64,000 nt of DNA. Source: Catajapyx aquilonaris. Taxonomy: Eukaryota. The notes under the pieces were generated by a model. It saw only the letters and a program-made list of their open reading frames with translations. It ran no database searches and was not told where the DNA came from. Of this stretch, positions 1 through 9,168 are shown piece by piece. The translations under genes were made by a program, and so were the position numbers. Location of the stretch: assembly GCA_000934665.2 (NCBI GenBank), contig KZ538181.1, positions 1 to 64,000 on the forward strand, written 5' to 3'. The first letter of the stretch is position 1. Each line of letters begins with the position of its first letter.

Positions 1-93
1 CGTTTCCGGACACGGTTTCCTATGTCAAAAATGTTTGTCTTGGTCCCCTCTATTACCCCTGGAAGTTTGTAAAGTTAGGTCGTAAACACCCTG
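1..93. mobile_element. One end of a Tc1/mariner-type non-autonomous element (…ACACCCTG|TA)
   Basis: Ends in AAACACCCTG followed by TA; the same TA|CAGGGTGT terminus occurs at 14920 and 44340/45291. Confidence 0.6.
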
Positions 94-250
94 TATACAA
101 TCATTCTTTGAACCATGTCTAAAATGATTCAAAATAAACCTGCACTTCCTGTTATATACTGTAAAAAAATGGCAAAAGTTCATTGTAATGATCATTTTAA
201 TGCATTTTTTTCCTTGGGGTCCAAAAAGACCCCACGGCACGGTTCCAGGG
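94..250. mobile_element. Right part of piggyBac-like MITE (second copy at 8888-9168)
   Basis: Near-identical to about 9007-9168; ends CACGGCACGGTTCCAGGG|TTAA. Confidence 0.85.
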
Positions 251-408
251 TTAAGCTTTGACCTCTGTTCGGGTCCTTTATTAGGGTACCGTACCACTAG
301 AAATTATACACATCCAAATGAAAATCCAAAGAAATCATCTGCCGAGGACTTTACGAAGTTATGGAGAACAAAAAAATTACGGAATGTTTTTCATTGTATT
401 AAATAATT

Positions 409-656
409 GAAGAGGCGGATTCCAAAGTCCCCTAAGTCCATTTTTGTTGTTTTGATCTATTTGAGCTTTTGTTGGCATCAATAACATGGGTTTATACGGG
501 ATTTGAGAAAACTCTCCAATTTCTGCGCTTGGAGTTGGGAACATTTTGTGTGTTCTGACCTCGGGAGAAGGTGGTGAGCACCATAAGCTACCAATAGACG
601 GAATCAGCTCATTTTTCATGAAAATGGACTTTGGGGACTTTGGAATCCCACTCTTC
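409..656. mobile_element. MITE with ~36-bp TIRs and AATT flanks (Sola1-like)
   Basis: AATT|GAAGAGGCGGATTCCAAAGTCCCCTAAGTCCATTTT ... AAAATGGACTTTGGGGACTTTGGAATCCCACTCTTC|AATT. Superfamily is inferred from the AWWT target only. Confidence 0.75.
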
Positions 657-1775
657 AATTATAAATGATCTATTTTTAAAAAATAATAAAAATCATTGCA
701 AATGCTATAATTTGTCTAAAAATAAAAAGTGTTAGGGGTTAGTGTGTTATGGTATATTTTCCATTTCACATGTTTAATTTTAAGGAAGTGACCCCTGTCA
801 CAAATGTAAATGTGAATATTTTTGTAACGGATCGAGTTATCGATAAGATCTGCACATGGATATGTAGATGAAGGATGAGGGTACATACCTCATCATTAAG
901 ACATTTATTTGATATAACATAAACCGTTTCTGCTGATACGAAAAACCACGAAACCTGTCACAAAGTTACCCCCCTTACGGTAGTGTTTTTTAAAGTCACC
1001 CTTTCTCATAAGCTTCTTTTCACATAATTATATGAACCAATTAATGACCGTAAAACAGCAGGGTCAACCATAGGCTACTGTACATGTACATGGTTGTGAG
1101 AAATCTACTGTATTATATAGGTTGCATGAAGGCATATTATAAAGCGAGCCACTCTCTCTCTCTTGCTTTTCAATTGGTTTTTGTCAGACTTAATAAATCA
1201 TACCGTGTGCTTAAGGAGCAGGATGCTGGAACACCTGGGGTAAAATGGCACTTCCACTGCCAAACTGCGTTTTGTTCAAATGGCAGATATTCCAGAGGTG
1301 TTGATGTCGTTATAACTGATGTGATTATTTGAAGTTCCAAGACCAATTTAGTGCAACATTTTCAAGATAATATCCGTGTGAAACAAAGACAGTTTATGTC
1401 CGCTTGTTATTTTTTCCTAGACAATCATTTTTTTACGAATTAATTAATTCACCAAATAAAAAGTCACAGATAATATAATCTTTACACATATAATTTTATC
1501 ATTTTTAGTTGAAGGCTACCTATGTTAGTTCCTGACTCTGGTAATTTTTTTGTTTCCTTTCATTCCGGACATGCTGCTCTCGTTGGAAATAGCAGGTCTA
1601 TGAACCAAAACCTCTATCCTGTGTTGTCCAGGAGGTGCCTATAAAAGTTTCATTGCTTCATTAGGAAACAGCCTTCATATTACACTCGGGGAGCACAATG
1701 TCCGTGCCTAGTGTATTGTATAGTAGCCTACTCGTGTACAATGAAAACAAGTTAGTCATACCTGTGCATGTGGTT

Positions 1776-1977
1776 TTAGCGAGACATGAATCTTTGTACC
1801 ACTGCTGCTAATCCGAAGGCTGCAGCGATAAAAATGGGCGTCCAGTTAGGACCCTGAGGCAGGCCAGGACTGTTTCCCCTAATATTAGGCACCATGAGGC
1901 ATGGGATTGACACTGGGGGGACAACCTTTTCATCTAATGGAAGCATTATACATGGTGGGTCCTTGCTGTCTTCAACA
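1776..1977 (-). CDS. Candidate terminal coding exon of an unrecognised minus-strand gene; hydrophobic C-terminal segment
   Basis: Acceptor tgtttcacgtgcag| then phase-2 frame (D)VEDSKDPPCIMLPLDEKVVPPVSIPCLMVPNIRGNSPGLPQGPNWTPIFIAAAFGLAAVVQRFMSR*. An 86-nt GTAAGT..TGCAG intron (2063-1978) links it to the next candidate exon. Confidence 0.45.
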
Positions 1978-2063
1978 CTGCACGTGAAACATTCAAAATA
2001 ATCATGATGATGGAATTGATTCCTTAATATACCGGTATAAAAATAAGAGATATAAAAACTTAC

Positions 2064-2147
2064 TCGACATACATTATTTCCTTTGAGTTCTGCGGCGACT
2101 TCCACGATGCTGAATGTGGGTTCATGGACATGATGTAGTATATTAAT
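2064..2147 (-). CDS. Candidate internal exon of minus-strand gene
   Basis: tctag|...GA|gtaagt; 84 nt, phase 2 to phase 2; LIYYIMSMNPHSASWKSPQNSKEIMYV(D). Confidence 0.4.
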
Positions 2148-2432
2148 CTAGACTTCTAGAGCATTTAGATTTTGTATAGACCAGGAGACACGAACTTTTG
2201 TGTAAATAGAACTAAGATATTATGCCATTGTTGGAAGTTGTGTCCTGGCAGCAGACAATGCCAAAGTCATAGCAACTGACAGTGAGCTTCAAGGGGTTCG
2301 ACAATAATACGAAATTGACAATTGGACAAACTGCCACTTACACAGCATAGACGACCTGTTCTGTGATCTGCATTGACAATAAATTGCTCAGACACCAATG
2401 GATTGGTTCTGGCATGATTTCTGTTTCCTTAC

Positions 2433-2482
2433 TTAGAGCTGCGTAAATGATTCCGTAAGGCCAGAAACATGCACTTTAGGGC
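2433..2482 (-). CDS. Candidate internal exon of minus-strand gene
   Basis: ttgttcag|...AA|gtaagg; 50 nt, phase 0 to 2; ALKCMFLALRNHLRSS(K); phase-compatible with the 2147 exon. Confidence 0.35.
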
Positions 2483-2733
2483 CTGAACAAATGGTTCTAC
2501 TACGCAAACCAATATAGGCACTATAATAGGCACTAGGCACTATAATATTAACGACAGCTGAGAAAAGTAGCCTAAGTGCTCAATAAAAAGCAAGTTGGTG
2601 TCAAAAAAAAAACATCCATTGCAAGGAAAAACCTCAATTCTCGCGTCCATTACTGGAACACAGCCTGGAGATCGTGTTGAGAGTTTTAATATTGGAACCC
2701 TCCCTACATCTGCTTATGCAGTACTGTACATAT

Positions 2734-3039
2734 AATAATAATAATAATAATTTGATACCCCATTATCAGCCTACGGGCTTTCCTAGGGGGGGATTTCTCC
2801 CAATTTTTTGTCTGGAACTCTTCCATTTTTACTATTTTTCTCCTCACCGGAATGAAGCAGGGAAAGGGTAGGAAGGAGGCGGCTGTGGCCTATATTACGG
2901 TAACGACCCCGGAATTATCCTGCAAGGACCATGGGAAACCACAGAAAACCATGGTCAGGGTCGCCGGCCTCCGGGATTCGAACCCAGGACCTCCCGATTA
3001 GCAGTCGGCCACCATACCACTACACCACTACTGCTTCGG
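2734..3039 (-). mobile_element. tRNA-headed SINE, family A (full length)
   Basis: Minus strand: A box TGGTGTAGTGG, B box GGTTCGAATCC, body GGTTTTCTGTGGTTTCCC...TAGGCCACAGCCGC, (TTA)n tail. Related copies at 23604-23886 and 26351-26510. Confidence 0.85.
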
Positions 3040-3561
3040 TTAGTACTGTACATATACAGTATATGTAAGGTCTGACCATGCCCTTTTCTGTAGATATTGT
3101 TAAAAATAACCATACGATGCGTGGATATTCACTTTGAAGTAAATCAAAAGAGGTGCAACCCGGATTCAATCTGCTCAACCTGACGTCTGTAAAATGGCCA
3201 TTTATTATTGTCGTTCTCTGCATTGGAAATAAATTGTAATGAAAATATGCTGGTCTAAGATGCCTGTAACATTCAAATAACATGCAGATCACATTGTGAA
3301 CACTAACACAAACGACGTATTGGAATGAAGAACAGAAATACTTTACTATCTTCTAATTGTGACTAATATAGTAAAACTCATTTTTTCTGAGAGATTCAAT
3401 GACACGTAGAGGGCTACCAAAAAAACAAACAAAAAAAAGCTTCTGGTGCTTTGGAAGTAATGCTGTTACCATGAGGTCCAAAGGCTTGTCATCACAATCA
3501 ACAGGGAGACACATTGACAGATTATTATCTTTCGGGAGATGGAAGGAAGCCATTTATTAAC

Positions 3562-3792
3562 ATTCATGTACTGACTTGGAGGTTGTATTTTGTGATCAAC
3601 AAGTACCGTCTACGAGTACTGACTTGTAGACAGTATTTGACGTCCAAGTCGGTGCATGAATCGGTACATCAAGATGTACCATTTTCAGGTCAGTATACAT
3701 TTGAACGATCAGCTGTCTACAAGTCAGTATACTACAGACGGTATTTGTTGATCACAAAATACCACCTCCGGAATCGGTACTAGTACATGAAT
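3562..3792. mobile_element. MITE-like foldback with ~70-bp imperfect inverted arms
   Basis: ATTCATGTACT..GGAGGTTGTATTTTGTGATCAACAAGTACCGTCT..TACTGACTTGTAGACAG is mirrored by CTGTCTACAAGTCAGTA..AGACGGTATTTGTTGATCACAAAATACCACCTCC..AGTACATGAAT; no clear TSD. Confidence 0.75.
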
Positions 3793-4458
3793 TACAATGT
3801 GGAGTGAGACTTGTATGCAGCCAACTCGGGAGGTCTTACAGTGTTAGCGTTACTGCTAGGTAAGGAGAAAGGAAGGAAGGAGAGGCAGGGGAGAAAGGAG
3901 GGTTGCATTCTAGGGCGCAATAGGGGAGGATGGGGATTGGAGGGAGAGGATGACCGTGGAAAACCCTCTGGCCATACTTTATAAAAGCATCCATATAGCA
4001 GCTGCCACAGATTTGCTCATATAAAAGGTCCGTGGTGGGAAGGGCATTGTCTGAACTTTTTTGACTCAGTGGCTTGCAATGAGCAATAGTAACATGGAAA
4101 TGTAACATATAGACTACCACTTTTCCATGCACTTTTCCTTTACGGTACTCAGTTTACATGCTTCTGGGTTGGAACAGCCTGATTGTATGTGGTTGTTTTA
4201 ATACCAGTAGTATGTTAGCAACAATATTTATCAAAGTCATTTCAAAATGGGAGACCATGGTTTTAAGAATCCCGAATTCTGACATACGATTTGTAGAATG
4301 AGCATACATAAGGTTGATAGACGCCGTAACGCCAAAACTAGAACTGATGGGACAAAACCGATTCCAGTTTTAGAATCAGCACCGCAAATATACGGTATGA
4401 GTTTTTGATATTGGTCGGTAATAATGACTTACAAACTCTCATTAAGATTTGTAAAACC

Positions 4459-4576
4459 CATGGGTAGAATTTTCGTCCCACTGCTAGTTACTGCTAACTT
4501 AGCAGTAACCACCCCCATCACAGGTACTGGTTAGTTAGCAGTAACTATAGCAATGGGACGAAAATTCAACCCCATG
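4459..4576. mobile_element. Short MITE with ~40-bp TIRs (second copy at 5375-5869)
   Basis: CATGGGTAGAATTTTCGTCCCACTGCTAGTTACTGCTAACT ... AGTTAGCAGTAACTATAGCAATGGGACGAAAATTCAACCCCATG; internal hairpin GTTACTGCTAA-C-TTAGCAGTAAC. Confidence 0.8.
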
Positions 4577-4613
4577 ATTCTTTAATGTCGCAGTGCCTTT
4601 AACATTCTGTTAC

Positions 4614-4716
4614 CTGCTTGGAGCAGCACTGCATGGCTGAGGACAGGATGCTCCTTTTCATTTTTTTGTTGTTGCTGTGGTCCACGTACAAGATTCCGAC
4701 ATTCTAAAGTGAAATC
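4614..4716 (-). CDS. Candidate internal exon of minus-strand gene (acceptor at 4716 or 4703)
   Basis: Strong CAG|gtaaca donor at 4614/4613. Two possible acceptors each give an open frame (DFTLECRNLVRG...AVLLQA or NVGILYVDHSNN...CCSKQ). Confidence 0.35.
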
Positions 4717-4979
4717 CTGCATGCGAACAAGAGGGTCACTTTATGACGTGAAGTTGTCGCTCGTTACCGAGAAAATTGGTTGCAAACGCAAGGTAGAAAT
4801 TATTGTTTAGGCAGATATGTGTCCCTCCGACTTTGCCGTTTTTCATTGTAATTTTCAAAATTATAACTAGCATGCTCTCATTAGATATAGTCGACAGTGT
4901 CAAAGGTGACGGCAGTGTTGCAAGCTCTTTCCACCACACAGAATATACTGTGGTAGCCTATAATGCACTCTTTGTTTAC

Positions 4980-5205
4980 TGCTAAATATCTCGATAGCGA
5001 GACTTCGGAGGCCAAATGGGCATATTGCCTACAATATAAAGTTATCCGCTGGTGGTCAGAAGTCCACCGTAGAAGTTTGTTGGAATCATTTCGAAACACC
5101 GTATTGGGTGCAAGTGGAGGATTCGGGCCAATTATTATAAGCGTTCCAGAAGCTGTGTGGACTAATAACGTCACTGCCAATTGATGGCTTCTCTTCAAAA
5201 AGGGA
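4980..5205 (-). CDS. Candidate internal exon of minus-strand gene
   Basis: ttttttgacag|...GCA|gtaaac; 226 nt open frame, phase 2 to 0 (PFLKRSHQLAVTLLVHT...EVSLSRYLA); overlaps track ORF 4881..5198. Confidence 0.4.
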
Positions 5206-5374
5206 CTGTCAAAAAATCGAAATCAAAATTATAATCCAATCTTAGAGAGCAGAAAAAGCGGTATCAACTGCTATAATTACAAATATTTTCAAACCCGTTC
5301 CTTAGATATTTAAATACATTCTTGAAAATCAGGTTTCACTCCACATACCGTATAATTATTTCTGACGAGAAGAA

Positions 5375-5869
5375 CTTGGGTGGAATTTTCGTCTCACTGA
5401 TAGTTACTGCTAAGTTTTTTAAAAATATAATAATAATAATCCGGGTAGTGCTAGACCGTATCAGGTGTGGAGCACGGACCTTTATTATATTGAAGTACAA
5501 TGCAGTACAATGCTGATGGAACCTTGAGCGAATCGCCCGGGCCCACGAGCATGATGACAGGAGGGGATGTGCAAGGTGCAGTGCAATGTCTTTAACGTGG
5601 CCATTTTTAGTGAACTCCCCCGGGTGGTTTAGTCTGTTGGAAATACCATCCGAGACGAAGCCAGAGGTGACCCTGAACTCTGCACGAGATGAAGGGGGTG
5701 TCCCCGGGTTGGGATCGAACCGTTACCGCAGCGCCACTCCGCCTCCCCTTAGTTACTGCTAACTTAGCAGTACCAGTGTTGGAAATGGTTGGAATGGTTG
5801 GAATGGTTGGAATGGTTGGAATGGTGAAGTTAGCAGTAACTATCAGTGGGACGAAAATTCAACCCCTTG
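5375..5869. mobile_element. Second copy of the 4459 MITE family, interrupted by a SINE and carrying a (GGAATGGTT)n array
   Basis: Same TIRs (GGGTGGAATTTTCGTCTCACTGATAGTTACTGCTAA / TTAGCAGTAACTATCAGTGGGACGAAAATTCAACCCC); about four 9-bp tandem units at ~5785-5825. Confidence 0.8.
5414..5749 (-). mobile_element. SINE, family B, inserted in a MITE with 13-bp TSD
   Basis: Flanked by the direct repeat TAGTTACTGCTAA (5401-5413 and 5750-5762). Minus strand has A-box-like GTGGCGCTGCGG, B box GGTTCGATCCC and an (ATT)n tail. Confidence 0.75.
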
Positions 5870-5934
5870 TTCAGTAGGCTATGCTTCATGAACAAATTCT
5901 CCATTATAAAGCGAGACAGGTATGTGTGTGTTCC

Positions 5935-6212
5935 TGTGGTCCATTAGCTCTGAGGACCAATGTGTGTGTTTTTACCTTAACTGTGGGGACACGACCTGAC
6001 TCCGGGGACATTTTTCGGTCCTCACAGCGATTGAGTGATACACACGATATGTGGCACTATTACAGTGGGCACTGGTCCCCACAGTTTAACGTATAGCACT
6101 GTTTTACAAAAGTCCATTTCTCTCAGCCTAGGTTAGGGAGGGTAGGTTAGGTTAGGTTACACTCGCGTCGAAAAAGTTGTATTTCCCATGTCCCCAGAGC
6201 TATTGGACCACA
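5935..6212. mobile_element. TIR element embedded in (TG)n, with repeated GGGGAC/GTCCCC motifs and a short (GGTTA)n tract
   Basis: TGTGGTCCATTAGCTCTGAGGAC ... GTCCCCAGAGCTATTGGACCACA; TG runs on both flanks. Confidence 0.65.
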
Positions 6213-6368
6213 TGGCTGTGTGTGTGTGCCAGAGTTCAGGCTCCCCGCGATAGGTGGGAGGAGTGTACGGGCCGTCCTCTCAGGTGACGGCTCGCCTCCC
6301 TAGGTGGCGCTGGTGGAAGAGCCTCTCTCCCCCTCTCTCCACCTCTCTCCCAGCCAACAGCAAATGGG

Positions 6369-6420
6369 GGGAGTTCGCTACTTTCACACCATCGCGATGG
6401 TGTGAAAGTAGCGAACTCCC
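6369..6420. repeat. Perfect 52-bp palindrome without spacer
   Basis: GGGAGTTCGCTACTTTCACACCATCG|CGATGGTGTGAAAGTAGCGAACTCCC; extends to about 6358-6428 with a 3-G bulge. Confidence 0.95.
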
Positions 6421-6537
6421 ATTTGCTGCAGTTAGGGGGTGACTTCACCATTTACACACTAGCTATCATCGGGAGGTAGTCACGTGAGTGGGTGTGATCG
6501 CAACCTCGCACCTCAACACGGATATTTCAAGGCTTAC

Positions 6538-6632
6538 TATAAACAGGTGAAAACTGGGAAATAAATGATAAATGTATCAGGTAAATTCTGTCCACTACTT
6601 ATCCTTCTTTTGGGATTCGCATCCTTTCTCAT
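6538..6632 (-). CDS. Candidate first coding exon of minus-strand gene
   Basis: AAGATGA start with an in-frame stop upstream; MRKDANPKRRISSGQNLPDTFIIYFPVFTCL then TA|gtaagc (phase 2), which joins in frame to the 5205 exon. Confidence 0.3.
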
Positions 6633-7270
6633 CTTATTCAGGATGATGCGTACAACACTCTTCCATGCAAAACTCAACTTTTATGCCTCAACCCTTTTCT
6701 GACCTAAAGCCTTTCATAATTATATTCCAGCCCGAAATCTAGCGTCCCAGTGCCGAGCGTAGCGCGAGTGTGCCACTAGTATTACAAAAAGAGTAAGCTA
6801 CTAAAGGCGTCCTTTTCATGAAGTCATCGCTTTGTATTTTTTTGACTAATAATATGCTGAAGATGTACCGCTGCCACATATCACCTCCTGATGCTGTTTT
6901 TTTTTACTCACGCATGTTGTGGTACGCCCTACTTAGAGTGGTCCGTGGTGCTCCCTGCTAAATATTGTGAAAAAAGTCTTAACCCAAAAATTCATTTCTG
7001 TACACGTCGCTGTCAAAATATTTAATAAGCGATAGTCTATATGATGAAGCTAATGGACTATTCCCGATTTCCAGATAGCCACACTTTCTATGAATCACTA
7101 TCAATGGAAGAAAGCAGTTATGATGAAACAAGATTGGCAAATCACGTGAGCGTGATTATAGTAGTAGTCTTTTCTCATTCTTTCAAGTATGAAACTTTAT
7201 GGGTATTTTTTCTGGGCGATAACATCATGGCGGCGGAAGACGCGCATCGCAAACATGTCCAACGCCAAGA

Positions 7271-7554
7271 ATTATTATTAATAATAATATATAATAATGG
7301 ATACCCCGCGATAAGCCTCCTTGGGCTTTTTAGGGGATAATCTTTTACTTGGCCGATTTTAATCATTGCCATTTGCTGTGATGTATTTTGATAGTGGCAG
7401 GAAACGGGAGAACCCCGAGAAAACTCACGCGAACATGGAGAGAACCCATCGAAACTCTATCCACATAAGTATCCTCTGTCCGATCAGGGGATCGAACTCA
7501 GGACCTTATAGAGGTAGAAGGCTATGGCAGTGACCATTACACCATCGTGCCGCC
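7271..7554 (-). mobile_element. tRNA-headed SINE, family C, with V-domain-like core
   Basis: Minus strand: GGCGGCACGATGGTGTAATGG (A box), GAGTTCGATCC (B box), core GTTCTCTCCATGTTCGCGTGAGTTTTCTCGGGGTTCTCCCGTTTCCTGCCAC resembling the V-SINE core, TTA-rich tail. Confidence 0.8.
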
Positions 7555-8007
7555 TGCCAACGTCAGGAATAAATTCAACAGCACCTGTGCCAGAGCGCCA
7601 GGTAAAACCCAGGGCAAAACCCCGACAGACATGACCAGGAATCCAGGGAAACTAATTTCGAAATCCAACGATAACCCGCCCGTAAAGTAGACTTGTGTGG
7701 ATAGAGTGAACCCGGAAAACCGGAAGTGGCGAGTCATCGGAAGTTGACCATGACACCTATTTAGGTCACGCTTATTCCGAATATGAAAAGCGTTTGTCGC
7801 TATCTTTCTCGGTTGAAGCCCTGATACCTGTACACAGATGGACGGACAGAACCGTTCTACAATACTTTTTTTCGATGATGAGAAAAAGTCTAAAACAGGA
7901 GGTCAGCATATATCATAAGTCGGACTTCGAGATTATGTAAATGTTCTTTAAGTGCTTGTGTTCAGAGTAAATCTGCATTGTATTTATACAGTATGGCTGG
8001 GGTGAAC

Positions 8008-8353
8008 CAGCCCCCAGTCACTCCCTCTACCTGTGCCTGCCTCCCCCCGTGAGCTTAGCTGATGTCCCCCACCGAGGGGGGTTGGCCACGGGCGGCGCTA
8101 GAGTTAGGTACCGAGATGGTGGCGCCTTACCTAGCGGGGCAATTCTGAACCATTAGGGTCAACTCTGACTGGCTGAAATCTTAAAGGACTCCTATACCAC
8201 CCCAGCCAATCGGAGTCGACCGAAATGGTTCTGAGGTGGCCGCTAGGTAAGGCGCCATCATCTCGGTACCTGACTCTAGCACCGCCCGGCCGTGGCCAAC
8301 GTGGGGGAGATCAACTAAGCTCACGCGAAAAGAGGGAGAGTGACTGGGGGCTG
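8008..8353. mobile_element. hAT-type foldback MITE with 8-bp TSD
   Basis: GGGTGAAC|CAGCCCCCAGTCACTC ... GAGTGACTGGGGGCTG|GGGTGAAC; imperfect inverted symmetry over almost the whole element. Confidence 0.85.
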
Positions 8354-8887
8354 GGGTGAACAGTACAGAAAACATGCTGCATGACAGACCAAAAATGACC
8401 CATTTGGTTTTTTAAATCAATTACACCTAATTTAAAGTATTCAGATAATGAATGACTGTGGCATGGCATTCGGGCATGTGTGTGCTGTCACTGGTCTAAC
8501 TTTTGTAACATACGAACAACCTGCAAATAAAGGTCGAGGGCACATTTTTGCCGTTTACCTAATGGAACCAAGGAAATCAAAACAAACCAAACTCCAGTCA
8601 GAAAATGGCTGGCATTTGTACACTTGTTGCACTAGGAATCATCGTACATTTGTAACATTTACTGGGAAGTTGTACCTGTCTATTTCACATCGATCCACGT
8701 TAAAAATACCGTAGCCTATGTTTGTTGGACACGTTGGTACTACCAAGCAGAATCGTTTCGAAGCCTTCCCTCTCAAGGTAACTGACACTCGATTCGGTCT
8801 TTTCCACAGAGTGTATAGAATCTAAAAGTAAGCTAACCTAAGTGGCGGATGCTTAGCGCAACATACAGTACTTTGCTCAAAATTTAA

Positions 8888-9168
8888 CCCTGGAACCGTG
8901 CCGTGCCTACGAGTATTGCGGCAACCGTGCCGTGGGGTCTTTTCGGACACCACCATATTTTAATTTTTATTAATTATTATATAATACTTTTCAATGCATT
9001 GACTATATACAATCATTCTTTCAACAATGGCTAAAATGATCGCTAATTCAAAATAAACCGGTACTTCCTGTTATATACTGTAAAAAAATGGCAACAGTTC
9101 ATTGTAATGATCATTTTAATGCATTTTTTCCTTGGGGTCCAAAAAGACCCCACGGCACGGTTCCAGGG
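8888..9168. mobile_element. piggyBac-like MITE, TTAA TSD
   Basis: TTAA|CCCTGGAACCGTGCCGTG ... CACGGCACGGTTCCAGGG|TTAA; the left arm has a duplicated AACCGTGCCGTG with a 17-bp filler. Confidence 0.9.

Noticed and set aside
2064..2703. Faint resemblance of ARIEALKCMFLALRNHL...LIYYIMSMNPHSASW to Mab-21/cGAS-like C-terminal helices
   Set aside because: Only a loose pattern. The downstream motif and nucleotidyltransferase signature are not evident; it would need a significant HHpred or structure hit.
2960..3039. tRNA gene calls here, at 23815-23886, 7480-7554 and 28495-28555
   Set aside because: A/B boxes are present but there is no complete acceptor stem. Three continue into SINE bodies; the 28.5-kb one is too degenerate to call.
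6750..6780. Helitron-like 3' end (GC hairpin then CTAG-T), and a Helentron/HINE-like end at ~7830-7895
   Set aside because: Short motifs only, with no 5' end or second copy in the window.
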